From NCBI GenBank assembly GCA_963776625.1, contig CAVZNP010000001.1:205922-269921 (forward strand): 64,000 bases of DNA, read 5' to 3'. The translations under genes and the position numbers were made by a program. Under the pieces are notes generated by a model that made no database searches, was not told the origin of the DNA, and saw nothing but the letters and a program-made list of their open reading frames with translations. Every line of letters starts with the position of its first letter. Position 1 is the stretch's first letter. Below, piece by piece: positions 9,836 to 19,691 of the stretch. Origin of the DNA: an uncultured Chloroflexia bacterium. Lineage in GTDB: Bacteria; Chloroflexota; UBA6077; CF-72.

Positions 9836-11516
9836 TTACTTCGCCGCGGCGATCGCATCTTGATACTCCCCCCGCGCCTTGTCTCCCGCGTTCGTGCGCC
9901 AGTCCCTCACCAGGCCATCCAGGTCCGTGAGCTGCGTTCGGCCCACCACGATGTCCGAAACGCCATCGTTGATCGCCTGATCCAGCAGTGCCTGCTGCCC
10001 GGAGTACGTCGGCGAATAGAACCCCAGCGTCGGGTCAGGGATCGCCACGTCCGCCATCGCCTTCTCGTCTGTCTGAATATCCGTGGCGTACTGCTGTGAG
10101 CGATTCGGGTCGAACAGCACCTCGGGATTGTTGGTGATGTACTTCCACGTGCTCAACACCTCGTTCTTGCCTTTGTCGGTCAGCACCGGCACGCCATCCG
10201 CACTGCGGTTGTAGTGCACACCCTCGACCCCGTAATTCAGGAGCGCCCACTCCTGGCTGCCAAACGGTGAAGCGATGTAGTTGAGCACGCGCAGGAGCAG
10301 CTTGACGCGGTCCGCGTCGCCCTTCTTCACAAAGCTGACGCCAAAGTTGCTCGGCCCCGTGTGATAGATGGGTTTCGCCGTGCCGTCTGCCGAAAACGGA
10401 TGAATGACCCGCAGCCGCGCATCCGGGTTCTCGGCGGCCAGCAGCGCCCACTGGGCGATGAGCGCGCCAAAGGAGTGCGCGGCAACCACCCCCTGGCCGC
10501 CGCGCAGCGCCGTCGACAGGGTCGTGCCGTTGAGGGTTCGGCAATCCGGGTGGAACACGCCAGCCGCCCACAGGTCGCGCGCGTAGCTGACCGCCGCGCG
10601 GAATTCGTCGGTCTCGTAGTCCTTGGTCAGCTTGCCACTCTGATCCAGGCGCCAGTTGTTCGGCGCGCCGAACACCATCAGCAGCGGTGCTTGACTCAGC
10701 AGCCCAAAGCCGCCCGCGGCCGCCAGGCCAAAGTGATTTTGCTGGGCATTCGTCAGCGTCACGAGGAACTTCTTGAAGTCATCAGCTGAGGTCGGCGCCG
10801 GGAGCTGCGCCTGGTCGGCCAGATCCTGGCGCACCAGGAAGGCGTTCAGAAAGGGCGCCCTCGGCACCGGCACGCCGTAGACCGCGCCGCTGACGATGGT
10901 CTCGGCCCAGCACGGGGTGGGGATATTAGCCAGGTTCGGGTAGTCCTTCACCGCGTCGCCGCCGATGTACGGCGTCAGGTCCGCGCACTGCGCCTGCAAG
11001 AAGGACGGTAGGTTGGGGATGTACTTCTGCGGCGGGTTGTAGATCGTGTCGGGGAGATCGCCGCCGGCGATGGTGGTGTTGAGCCCATTGCGATAGTCGG
11101 CTGAGCCGTAGAGTCGTTGGCGGACGGTCAGCCCCATGTCCGTGTTGACGGCTTGCCACGCGGAATTCTGGTCGAGGGCCACGACGGCGCCCTGGATGAG
11201 GTTGGTCATCAGCGTCACGTCTTCGCCGTGGCCGGGTGCGTCCTGGACCGACTTGAACAACGCGGCTGGGAACTTGAAGTACCCCGCGTCAACCCCGTCC
11301 GCGCGGGCCGTCAGATCGGCCTGAGGTCCGCCCTGGATCGAGATGAAGGACGGTGTGCTGGCCTTCGCTGTCGTGGTGCCGCCACCTCCGCTCGTGGCGG
11401 TTCCAGCGGCGGGCCGCGGAGCCAGTCCGCATGCCGCCAGCAAGGGTATGGCGACCCCTGCTGCCACGCCACCGATGAACGTCCGCCTGCTTACACAACC
11501 GATCACCTGCCCCATA
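9836..11516 (-). CDS. Extracellular solute-binding lipoprotein, family 1 (sugar ABC transporter SBP), with Tat signal and lipobox
   Basis: Trimmed start 'MGQVIGCVSRRTFIGGVAAGVAIPLLAACG'. SBP1-like body with the C-terminal 'GYYSPTYSGQQALLDQAINDG' region. Confidence 0.75.
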
Positions 11517-11608
11517 CCCCCTGGCGCTCGAACCGAGAAATTGGCAGACCCACTGCCGCGACTAACGATATCAACCTCGAACGCGCAACCCGAATAAGAT
11601 GGGAGACG
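11517..11608. promoter_or_regulatory. Divergent intergenic region (promoters for the SBP1 and monooxygenase genes)
   Basis: 92-bp gap between divergently oriented trimmed starts. No motif identified. Confidence 0.3.
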
Positions 11609-13306
11609 GTGGCGAGTAAGGGCGACGCGATTCGAGAGACCTTTGATGTAGCGATTGTTGGTGGCGGGCCCGTCGGAGTGGCCCTGGCCGTGGAGTTGGG
11701 GCAGCGCGGAGTTTCGTGTGTGCTGGTCGAGCGTCACCTGACGCCACAGCCGATCCCCAAAGGGCAGAACCTCAGCAATCGGACACTCGAACATTTCTAC
11801 TTCTGGCAGTGCGTCGACGAGCTGCGTGCCGCGCGAATCATGCCGCCTGACTATCCCATCGGCGGTGTGACCACCTACCGCACGCTGAACAGTCCGTACT
11901 TCCATGCGACGGGTCGCGATCAGAGTGGTCGGACCGGCCGCGGGGCAGGAGTTCGCGAGTACTACTTCCAGGTCAACGAACGCCTACCCCAGTACCTGAC
12001 GGAAGCCGTGTTGCGGAATCGCCTGAAGCAGTTGCCGTCGGTGACCACGCTGTTTGGCTGGACCGCCGAGCGAGTTGACCAGGACGACACGGCCAGCAGC
12101 GTCACGGTCGTTCCATCCGGCGAAAGCGCGGCCCCGTTCTACAGCTGGTCCGCCGACACCGAGCAGCAGACCAATCAGGATCTCCCAACGCGCACGGAGC
12201 GACAGGTTCTGCGTGCCGCCTACGTGATCGGTTGTGACGGCGGCAGGTCGCTGGTGCGCTCGGCGATGGGCATCGACCGGGGTGGGCGCGACTTCGATCA
12301 GCGCATGGTGCTGGCCGTACTCCGCTCGAAGGAGCTGCACGCGTTCCTGAACCGGTTCCCGCCAGCCACGACCTACCGCGTCATGAAGCCCGAGCTGCAG
12401 GGCTACTGGCAATTCTTTGGCCGCATCGACGTCGGCGAGGGCTTCTTCTTCCACGCGCCAGTCCCGCGGGACGCGACACCCGACAATTTCGACTTCCTGA
12501 GTCTGCTCCACGACGCGGCGGGTTTCGAGTTCCACGCGGAGTTCGACCACATCGGTTTCTGGGACCTGCGCATCATGGTCGCAAGCCAGTACAGCCTGGG
12601 CCGCATGTTCATCGCCGGCGACGCTTGCCATCAGCATCCACCCTATGGGGGCTTTGGTCTGAACACCGGTCTCGAAGACGCGGCCAACCTGGGCTGGAAG
12701 CTGGCCGCCAACGTGCAGGGCTGGGGCGGTCAGAAGCTCCTCGACTCCTACGGTGAGGAGCGCCAGCCTATCTTCCGAGAGACAGGCGAGGCCATGATCG
12801 CGGGTGGGATCGAGCGCGACCGCGAGTGGTTGGAGCGCTACAACCCGGACAAGGACCGCGCCGAGTTCGAGCAAGCCTGGGCCGAATACGGGTCGACGCG
12901 CGGCAGACAGCCGCAGACGTACGAGCCGCACTACGAAGGATCCTCGGTCGTGATGGGTCCAGACGGCGGCGTGTGCAGCATTCATGGGCGGCTGTCGTTC
13001 AAAGCCGAAGCCGGACACCATCTGGCGCCCAATGAGCTGAGCAGCGGACGCAATGTCTTCGAAGCGCTGGGCGACGGCTTCACGCTGCTGGCGCTGGATG
13101 CCGATGACCGCTCGGTGAGCGCGCTCGAAGCCGCCGCCAGCGCGAGCCACGTGCCGCTCGAGGTGGTGCGCGACACGCGCACCAACACGCGTGAGCAGTA
13201 CGAGTCGCGCCTGGTGCTGGTGCGGCCGGATCAGTACGTGGTCTGGTCCGCCGACACGGCGCCGCATGATCCGGCGGCCATGTTCGCGCGCGTGACGGGT
13301 CGATAA
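11609..13306 (+). CDS. FAD-dependent aromatic-ring monooxygenase (PheA/TfdB class A flavoprotein hydroxylase family)
   Basis: GTG start followed by 'DVAIVGGGPVGVALAVELGQRG'. Also 'GCDGGRSLVRSAMGI' and 'GRMFIAGDACHQHPPYGGFGLNTGLEDAANLGWKL'. Confidence 0.85.
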   Translation: MASKGDAIRETFDVAIVGGGPVGVALAVELGQRGVSCVLVERHLTPQPIPKGQNLSNRTLEHFYFWQCVDELRAARIMPPDYPIGGVTTYRTLNSPYFHATGRDQSGRTGRGAGVREYYFQVNERLPQYLTEAVLRNRLKQLPSVTTLFGWTAERVDQDDTASSVTVVPSGESAAPFYSWSADTEQQTNQDLPTRTERQVLRAAYVIGCDGGRSLVRSAMGIDRGGRDFDQRMVLAVLRSKELHAFLNRFPPATTYRVMKPELQGYWQFFGRIDVGEGFFFHAPVPRDATPDNFDFLSLLHDAAGFEFHAEFDHIGFWDLRIMVASQYSLGRMFIAGDACHQHPPYGGFGLNTGLEDAANLGWKLAANVQGWGGQKLLDSYGEERQPIFRETGEAMIAGGIERDREWLERYNPDKDRAEFEQAWAEYGSTRGRQPQTYEPHYEGSSVVMGPDGGVCSIHGRLSFKAEAGHHLAPNELSSGRNVFEALGDGFTLLALDADDRSVSALEAAASASHVPLEVVRDTRTNTREQYESRLVLVRPDQYVVWSADTAPHDPAAMFARVTGR

Positions 13307-13324
13307 AAGATCCCGTCGCGACGT

Positions 13325-14011
13325 TCAGTCGACATTGAGGCGATACCCCACCCCGGGCTCGGTCTTGATGATGTGCGGCCGCGATGGATCAGCTTCGAGC
13401 TTCTTGCGCAAGCTGGCGATGTGGACGCGTAGCGATCCCGTCGCGTCCTCGTAGCCCGGACCCATCACCAGCCGCAGCAGGTGCCCGTGTGTGATGACCC
13501 GCCCCGACTCCTGCACCAGCACGTGCAGGAGCTCGTACTCGGTCGGTGTCAGGTGCACCTCCTGGCCGGATCGCAACACGCGGCGGCGCGAGAGGTCGAT
13601 CTGCACCTCAGCGACCTGGACGACCGGCTCCGGGGGCGAAGCAACCGACACGCGCCGCAGCGCGCTCCGCATACGGGCCAACAGCTCCGGCGCGCTGAAG
13701 GGTTTGGTGACGAAGTCATCGGCGCCTTCATCCAGCGCGCGCACCTTGATCTCCTCCTCGCCATACGCGGACAGGACTACGACCGGGAATTCGCTCCACT
13801 GCCGCAGGCGGCGGCAGACTTCGACCCCGTCCAGGTCCGGCAGCATCAGATCCAGGATCAACAGGTCGAACGTCGACGAGGACAGGGCGTCGATCGCGGC
13901 TTCGCCCGCGCCGACTTCGGTCACCTCGTAGCCGTTGGCGCGCAGCACCAGACGCAGCGCCCGCCGGATCTGCGGCTCGTCGTCGACGACCAGGACATGC
14001 CGCCCGGTCAC
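13325..14011 (-). CDS. OmpR/KdpE-family response regulator
   Basis: Receiver 'HVLVVDDEP...LILDLMLPDLDG' plus a winged-helix C-terminus 'TPTEYELLHVLV...GYRL'. The GTG start overlaps the kinase stop (GTGA). Confidence 0.85.
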   Translation of the reverse strand: MTGRHVLVVDDEPQIRRALRLVLRANGYEVTEVGAGEAAIDALSSSTFDLLILDLMLPDLDGVEVCRRLRQWSEFPVVVLSAYGEEEIKVRALDEGADDFVTKPFSAPELLARMRSALRRVSVASPPEPVVQVAEVQIDLSRRRVLRSGQEVHLTPTEYELLHVLVQESGRVITHGHLLRLVMGPGYEDATGSLRVHIASLRKKLEADPSRPHIIKTEPGVGYRLNVD

Positions 14012-15081
14012 GCCGCGGGTGCCGCCAATGGCAACGTGAAGATGAAGCGTGCGCCCGGCTCTTGACCGTCCTCGGCGAGCCACAGCCTGCCGCCATGCGC
14101 CTCCACGAATCCGCGCGCAATTGTCAGTCCCAGACCGGTGCCGGGGGCGGAGGTGCGGCCACGCTCGAATGGGCGGAACAGTCGCTCCCGATCGGCCGCG
14201 GCGATGCCCGGACCGTGGTCTTCGACCTCGATGCGAACGAAGTCGCGCACGCGCTCCGCGCGTGCCACCACCGAGGTGCCCGGCGGAGTGTGGAGCACGG
14301 CGTTCTCCAGCAGGTTGGTCACGACCTGGTCGATCTGGGCGTAGTCGCACGCGACCGCGGGCAGCTCCTCCGGAATCTCGACCTGCATCTGGCGCCCAAC
14401 CAGGCGCACTTGAATGCGCTCCACGACCGAGCCCACCAGCTCGCCCAGATCCTGCGGATGGCGGCTGACCGTGACGCCGCCGGCCTCGAGGCGCGAAGCA
14501 TTCAGCAGGTTGGTCACCAGCCGATCGAGGCGATCCGCTTCCTCTTCGATCTCCGCCAGCAGCTCGCCGCGGTCATCGTCCGAAAAGCTCGCGTCTGGCT
14601 GTCGAAGGCCCGAGGCGCTGGCTTTGATCGACGCCAGGGGCGTGCGCAGGTTGTGGGTGACCGCGCGCAGCAGCGCCGTCTTGAGCTCGTCTGAGCGATG
14701 TGCGACCGCGGCAGTCTCCGCGCCGCGCCGCGCGCCGTCGGCAAGCTGTGCCGTGACGACTGCCACGAACAGCAGCAGTACCAGGCCCAGCGCCTCGTCG
14801 GCGCGTTCGATGGAGAACGTGCCGCGTGGGTCGACGAAGAGCAGGTCGTGGCCCAGGATGGCGGCGACGACCGCGGTAATCGCCGGACCGCGCCCCCAGT
14901 GGCTGGCGGCCAGAACAATCGGGACCAGGTAGAGCAGGATCGCGGCTGGCAGATCAACGACCGTCGAATGCAGGACGCCAACGACCAGGAGCGTGACGCC
15001 GACCGCACCGAGCGCCAGGGCGTGCTGCCCCAGGACCTGATGCTGGGGCTTGAACACACTCTTAATGCGGCCGAGCGGCAT
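14008..15081 (-). CDS. Sensor histidine kinase, KdpD C-terminal type (membrane domain plus HisKA/HATPase). It lacks the KdpD N-terminal and Usp domains.
   Basis: 'LRAVTHNLRTPLASIKASASGL' H-box, 'GTGLGLTIARGFVEAHGG' G-box and a KdpD-like 4-TM segment. Start trimmed to the ATG at 15081. Confidence 0.8.
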   Translation of the reverse strand: MPLGRIKSVFKPQHQVLGQHALALGAVGVTLLVVGVLHSTVVDLPAAILLYLVPIVLAASHWGRGPAITAVVAAILGHDLLFVDPRGTFSIERADEALGLVLLLFVAVVTAQLADGARRGAETAAVAHRSDELKTALLRAVTHNLRTPLASIKASASGLRQPDASFSDDDRGELLAEIEEEADRLDRLVTNLLNASRLEAGGVTVSRHPQDLGELVGSVVERIQVRLVGRQMQVEIPEELPAVACDYAQIDQVVTNLLENAVLHTPPGTSVVARAERVRDFVRIEVEDHGPGIAAADRERLFRPFERGRTSAPGTGLGLTIARGFVEAHGGRLWLAEDGQEPGARFIFTLPLAAPAA

Positions 15082-15116
15082 CTTAACGAGTTCCAAACGC
15101 TCGGTCGGGATACTAG

Positions 15117-15850
15117 CGAATTTTGGAGTCGACGGCGGGTCACGAGTTTTCTTTGGAAGTCGAAAGCTGCGGCTTTCTCCCCAGGGCGGGCCCGAGCTCG
15201 TCACGAGTTTTCTTTTGTAGTCGAAAGCTGCGGCTTTCTCCCCAGGGCGGGCTCGAGCCAGTGACGAGTTTTGTTACGTCGAAAGCTGCGGCTTTCTCCC
15301 CAGGGCTCCGCGCCCTGGACCCCGCGTCCCAGAGCCCTACTCTCGGTGGCCGTCGGCCGCATCCGCTCGCTATGACGCACGCACTGTCAACACGCGTGAA
15401 ATCCGAAAGGGTGGGACACCCTCGGGTGCACCTTCGGAGGACACTCCTGGGCGGGACCCCTTCTGAGGACACCTCCGAAGGACACCCCCTGGGAGGGACA
15501 CTTTCTGAGGACACCTTCGGAGGACAGCGCTCGGGCGGCACGTCTCGGGCGGCACGTCTCGGGCAGGCGCGCCTCGGGACGGACACGTCGGGGAGGCGCG
15601 CCTCGGGACGGACACTCCCGGGACACCTTCGGGGGACACCCCGGGGAGGGCACACCCGGGGGACCACCTGGGCTGAGAACCACCTTCTTCTCGGACTACA
15701 GACGTGTTGACAGTGCGTGCGTAAACGCGCAGCGGATGCGGGCGACGGCCACCGAGTGCAAGGGCTCTGGGACGCGGGGTCCAGGGCGCGGAGCCCTGAG
15801 GAGAAAGCCGCAGCTTTCGACGTCCTAAAAAAACTCGTGACCCGCTCGAA
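15117..15850. repeat. Composite palindromic repeat element (MITE-like). Three tandem ~61-bp terminal units are followed by ~130-bp imperfect inverted arms around a ~300-bp core carrying a GGACAC/GTGTCC array.
   Basis: Direct copies at 15139, 15200 and 15262. Inverted copy at 15785-15846. A 20-bp perfect IR 'acgcacgcactgtcaacacg' lies at 15375-15394 and 15703-15722. About 13 GGACAC motifs occur at 15400-15680. Confidence 0.8.
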
Positions 15851-15868
15851 CTGGCCCTGCGGAGAACC

Positions 15869-17740
15869 CTAGGTGCGCCGGTGGAACCAGAACCACTCGA
15901 AGAGCAGCAGCGGCAGCACCAGTGCGGCGAGCACGCCCCAGAACTCGCGCTGTAGCGTCGCGACGCCCGCCTCGATCGGGCCGGGATTGTTCAAGCCCGT
16001 GAGTCGTGGCCGAATGTCGCTCTCGTCCGGGTTCGCCAGGTTCGCGGCGAACAGGTCGTCGTCCACCGTCTGCTGTCCGCCTTGAACGATCTGCTGCACC
16101 TTGTAGAGCCCCGGCACGTCAGTGCTGGCGTAGCTGATTGGACCCTGCCCCGTTCGAAACTCGCTGACCTGGTCCGTGGGTCCCGTCACGCGCACGCTTT
16201 GAACCTGGGGCAACGGCGCGAGTGACTCCGGCGCGCCCGTCTGAACTTCCGGCGACTGCACCACGCCCGGCGGCGACAGGTAGTTCACGATGTTCGACAT
16301 CAAGATCGGGAACGCCGACATCGTCCACAGGTTCGACTGCTGCAAATCAAACGGCAGGATGGCGACGCGCCGATCGCCGTCCTGGCCGGCCACCATGAGC
16401 GGCGTGCCGTCACCGGCGGTGATGAGCGGCTTGGCCCAGCGCGGCGTGTCCAGCTTCGACGCACGCGAAATGTTCAGGTCCTGCAAATCGACAAAGCTCA
16501 GGATGGGATCCTCGCGATCCCAGCTCGCCACCTTCGGGCGGGTCACCGACCCCGTCGTTTGAAACGGCCCACGGTCGGGCGGATTGACGACCAGCAGGTT
16601 GCCGCTGGGTAGCAGCGGCGGCAGGTAGCCATCGAAGACGATGATGTCGAAGCGATCGGCTTCGACCGCCAGGTAGCGCGACGACGCGATGCGATACAGG
16701 TCCACGTTCGGCAGCAACGTGAGGACCTTCTCGAGGAACTGATTGCCGGAGCTGACTAGCAGCACCTGCGCCGGCTTGCGCTGCGTCAGTACGGCGAAGG
16801 CGCTGTCGTCGAGCGACAGGCCGTTGCTCTGGCTGGGTTGGGAATCGCTCGTACTGACGGTGACGCTGGCGTAGCGGGCGCCGGCGGGGAGCTGATCGAA
16901 GATCTGATCGCTTTCCGAATTGGCGTCCATGCTGATATTGCGATTTTCGAGATTCTGGCCATCGACGCTGATGCTCACGACCGCCGGCGTTGCCGTATCC
17001 GAGAAGTTCTGCACCCGCGCGAACAATTGCTGACGGCGGTTGTCCTGCGGGTCGGGACGCGAGGACAGTGTGGTCACGGCTACGTTGCCGGTGTCCTCGC
17101 CAACGTTGACCACCTGCACCGAGCCGAGGTCGTCGGGCAGATCGGGCGGCAGGGTGAACGCGCTGTCGGTGAACAGGTAGATGCGTCGCGAGCTCGGGTC
17201 GCCGCCCAGCGACCGCGCCAGGAGCAGCGCCTCGCGCATGTCGGCCGCGGCGCCAGAGGGCTGTGCGGAGGCCAGCGCGCGGTCTACTTGCTGTCGGTCC
17301 GACGTGGCGGCGACCAGCACCTGCGGGTGGGCGGCGACGAGAATGGCGGTAGCCAGGGAGTTGTCGGGTAGCCCGCTCAGCGTGCTGCGCGCGGCATCGA
17401 CGGCTTTGGCGAAGCGTGAGGGTTGGACGTCCTGGGCCTGCATGCTGGCGGAGCCGTCAAGCAGGAGGATGGCCTGGACGGGCTTCTCGCCGACCTGCTG
17501 TGTGAACGGGCGGGCGACGGCGAAGGTAATCAGCGCCAATCCGATGAGCTGCAGGAGCAGCAGGAGGTTCCATCTGAGCCGCTGCAGCGGCTCGTGGGCG
17601 GCAAGATCACGGATCAGGTCGTTCCACAGGAAGGTGGAGGAGACTTCTTCGTCGCGACGACGGACCTTGAGCAGGTAGAAGATGACGACGATCGGCAGTG
17701 TGACCCCGAGGGCGAGCGCAAGCGGGGTGAGGAGACTCAT
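15869..17740 (-). CDS. BatA-like VWA domain membrane protein (Bat N-terminal double-TM domain plus von Willebrand A)
   Basis: 'MSLLTPLALALGVTLPIVVIFYLLKVRRR' (BatA_N), 'ILLLDGSASM' VWA MIDAS motif and a C-terminal TM. ATGA overlap with the upstream DUF58 gene. Confidence 0.75.
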   Translation of the reverse strand: MSLLTPLALALGVTLPIVVIFYLLKVRRRDEEVSSTFLWNDLIRDLAAHEPLQRLRWNLLLLLQLIGLALITFAVARPFTQQVGEKPVQAILLLDGSASMQAQDVQPSRFAKAVDAARSTLSGLPDNSLATAILVAAHPQVLVAATSDRQQVDRALASAQPSGAAADMREALLLARSLGGDPSSRRIYLFTDSAFTLPPDLPDDLGSVQVVNVGEDTGNVAVTTLSSRPDPQDNRRQQLFARVQNFSDTATPAVVSISVDGQNLENRNISMDANSESDQIFDQLPAGARYASVTVSTSDSQPSQSNGLSLDDSAFAVLTQRKPAQVLLVSSGNQFLEKVLTLLPNVDLYRIASSRYLAVEADRFDIIVFDGYLPPLLPSGNLLVVNPPDRGPFQTTGSVTRPKVASWDREDPILSFVDLQDLNISRASKLDTPRWAKPLITAGDGTPLMVAGQDGDRRVAILPFDLQQSNLWTMSAFPILMSNIVNYLSPPGVVQSPEVQTGAPESLAPLPQVQSVRVTGPTDQVSEFRTGQGPISYASTDVPGLYKVQQIVQGGQQTVDDDLFAANLANPDESDIRPRLTGLNNPGPIEAGVATLQREFWGVLAALVLPLLLFEWFWFHRRT

Positions 17741-18648
17741 CGCACCACCCCACGGCGGCGCAGGACGTCGAAGAGCAGCGTCTCGATCGGCACGGCCGTG
17801 TCGGCGGGCACATAGGCCATCCCGTGCCGCGCGCAGAACGACTCGATCGTGCGCTGCCACTCGGCCAGCCGCTGGCTATACAGGCGAATCGCATCGTTGT
17901 TGAGCGTGACCGACACCGCCGCGCCGCTTTCCCGATCGATCAGGCGCACGTCGCCGCCCAGCGACGGCCGCAGCTCTTCTGGCGACAGCGTATGCATGAC
18001 CACCACCTCGGACGAGCGCCCCGCGAGTCGCGCGAGCGCCTTCTCCCAGGTCGGCGAGAGCAGATCTGAAAACAGCACCACCAGGCCACCGCCGCGATTG
18101 GTGAACGTCGACAGCGACTGATCCAGGTCGGGCAGGTTCGACGGAGTCCCGACGACGACCGGCGTCGTGGCCTGCGCGGGTTTGAACTCCTCCACGAAGT
18201 TCAGCATCGCGGCAGCACGGCCGCGGCCCCAGACGGGCCCGTACGAATTGGCCGACGCCTGCAGCGGCCACACGAACAGCCGGTTCGATGCGTTCAACGC
18301 GATGTAGCCGAGAGCGGCTGCCACCCGCCGCGCGTACCGCAGTTTGGATGGCTCGCCCCAGTCCATACTGCGACTGGCATCCACCAGCAGGTGGACGTTG
18401 AGCACTTCCTCCTCCTCGTAGAGTCGCACGAAGAGGGTGTCCGTACGACTGAAGATGTTCCAGTCGACGCGCGCCGGGTCGTCGCCCTCGACATAATGTC
18501 GATAGTCGGCAAACTCCAGACTTGACCCTTTTCGAAGTGAGCGGCGGTCGCCCTGGCCCTGACCTATCAAGCGCCTGCGGCTGACCAGCGTCAAACGTTC
18601 CAGTCGCCGCGCCAGGGAGCCGTCGAGGAGCGTCTGCGGCGTGGCCAC
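17737..18648 (-). CDS. DUF58 family protein (MoxR-associated, VWA-like)
   Basis: 'FADYRHYVEGDDPARVDWN...HLLVDASRSM' is typical of DUF58. Confidence 0.8.
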   Translation of the reverse strand: MATPQTLLDGSLARRLERLTLVSRRRLIGQGQGDRRSLRKGSSLEFADYRHYVEGDDPARVDWNIFSRTDTLFVRLYEEEEVLNVHLLVDASRSMDWGEPSKLRYARRVAAALGYIALNASNRLFVWPLQASANSYGPVWGRGRAAAMLNFVEEFKPAQATTPVVVGTPSNLPDLDQSLSTFTNRGGGLVVLFSDLLSPTWEKALARLAGRSSEVVVMHTLSPEELRPSLGGDVRLIDRESGAAVSVTLNNDAIRLYSQRLAEWQRTIESFCARHGMAYVPADTAVPIETLLFDVLRRRGVVR

Positions 18649-18656
18649 GTTGCGCG

Positions 18657-19691
18657 CTATTCCTCCGGGGTCGTCGCTACCACGTCGTGGATGAGCTTGT
18701 CGGTCGTAATGCCTTCGGCGTCGGCTTCGAAGCCCAGGATGACGCGGTGGCGCAGCGCCGGCATCGCGACGGCGCGAATGTCTTCGAAGGCCACGTTGTA
18801 GCGGCCCTCGAGCAGCGCGCGCACCTTGGCTCCCAGCACCAGCGACTGCAGCCCACGTGGACTCGATCCATAGCGCGCAAAGCGCTTGACCTCGGCAGGC
18901 GCGTCCGGTGTCTCCGGGTTGGTGCGTCGCACGATGCGCACCGCAAACCGCATCACCGAGTCGGCGGCGGGCACCTCGCGCGCGAAGTGCATCAGCTCCA
19001 GCAGGGTCGCCCCCGAGGCAACCTGCGTCGGGCGTGGCATCGTCGCTCCGGTCGTCACCTGGGCGATGCGCAGCAGGTCGTCCTCAGTCGGATAGGGGAC
19101 GGTCAGCTTGAACAGAAAGCGATCGAGCTGCGCTTCGGGCAACGGATACGTGCCTTCCATCTCGATCGGGTTCTGGGTGGCCAGCACGAAGAACGGCTCG
19201 GGCAAGGTGTGGGTGGTTCGCCCGGACGTGACGCGCCGCTCCTGCATGGCTTCGAGCAAGGCCGACTGCGTCTTTGGAGTGGCGCGGTTCACCTCGTCGG
19301 CAAGGACCAGGTTCGCGAATAACGGACCCGGCTGAAATTCGAGCGACCGCATGCCGTCACTGGTGTCGCGCAGGATGCTGGTGCCGGTGATATCCGCGGG
19401 CATCAGGTCCGGCGTGAACTGAACGCGGCTGAATGACAGTTCCAGCGCCTCGCCGATGGTGCGCACCAGCAGGGTCTTGCCCAGGCCGGGGATGCCTTCG
19501 AGCAAGGCGTGGCCGCCCGCCAGCAGGCACGTCAACACGCCGCGCACGACTTCGGACTGGCCGATGATGACCTGGCCAACTTCGGCTTCGATCGCGCGTG
19601 CGGTTTCGATGAAGCGGAACGGGGTCGGCGGCGGAGTGGCGGTGGCTTGCGCCTGTCCGCCGGACGGAACGTTGGCTGGTAGAACGGTCAC
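18657..19691 (-). CDS. MoxR-family AAA+ ATPase
   Basis: 'IIGQSEVVRGVLTCLLAGGHALLEGIPGLGKT' Walker A, 'VLADEVNRA' Walker B and the MoxR C-terminus. Confidence 0.9.
   Translation of the reverse strand: MTVLPANVPSGGQAQATATPPPTPFRFIETARAIEAEVGQVIIGQSEVVRGVLTCLLAGGHALLEGIPGLGKTLLVRTIGEALELSFSRVQFTPDLMPADITGTSILRDTSDGMRSLEFQPGPLFANLVLADEVNRATPKTQSALLEAMQERRVTSGRTTHTLPEPFFVLATQNPIEMEGTYPLPEAQLDRFLFKLTVPYPTEDDLLRIAQVTTGATMPRPTQVASGATLLELMHFAREVPAADSVMRFAVRIVRRTNPETPDAPAEVKRFARYGSSPRGLQSLVLGAKVRALLEGRYNVAFEDIRAVAMPALRHRVILGFEADAEGITTDKLIHDVVATTPEE

Noticed and set aside
11117-11608. N-terminal 164-aa extension of the monooxygenase ORF, and likewise the 5' extensions of ORFs 9836-11905, 3782-5320, 37337-39274 and 60959-62629
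   Set aside because: The extensions are low-complexity and overlap the divergent or adjacent genes. Conserved N-terminal motifs, such as GxGxxG right after the GTG at 11609, define the true starts.
15123-15710. ORFs inside the palindromic element (195 aa plus strand, 175/98/89 aa minus strand)
   Set aside because: They lie entirely within tandem and inverted repeats. Translations are Gly/Arg/Pro-rich repeats with no domain. They are more likely non-coding repeat DNA.
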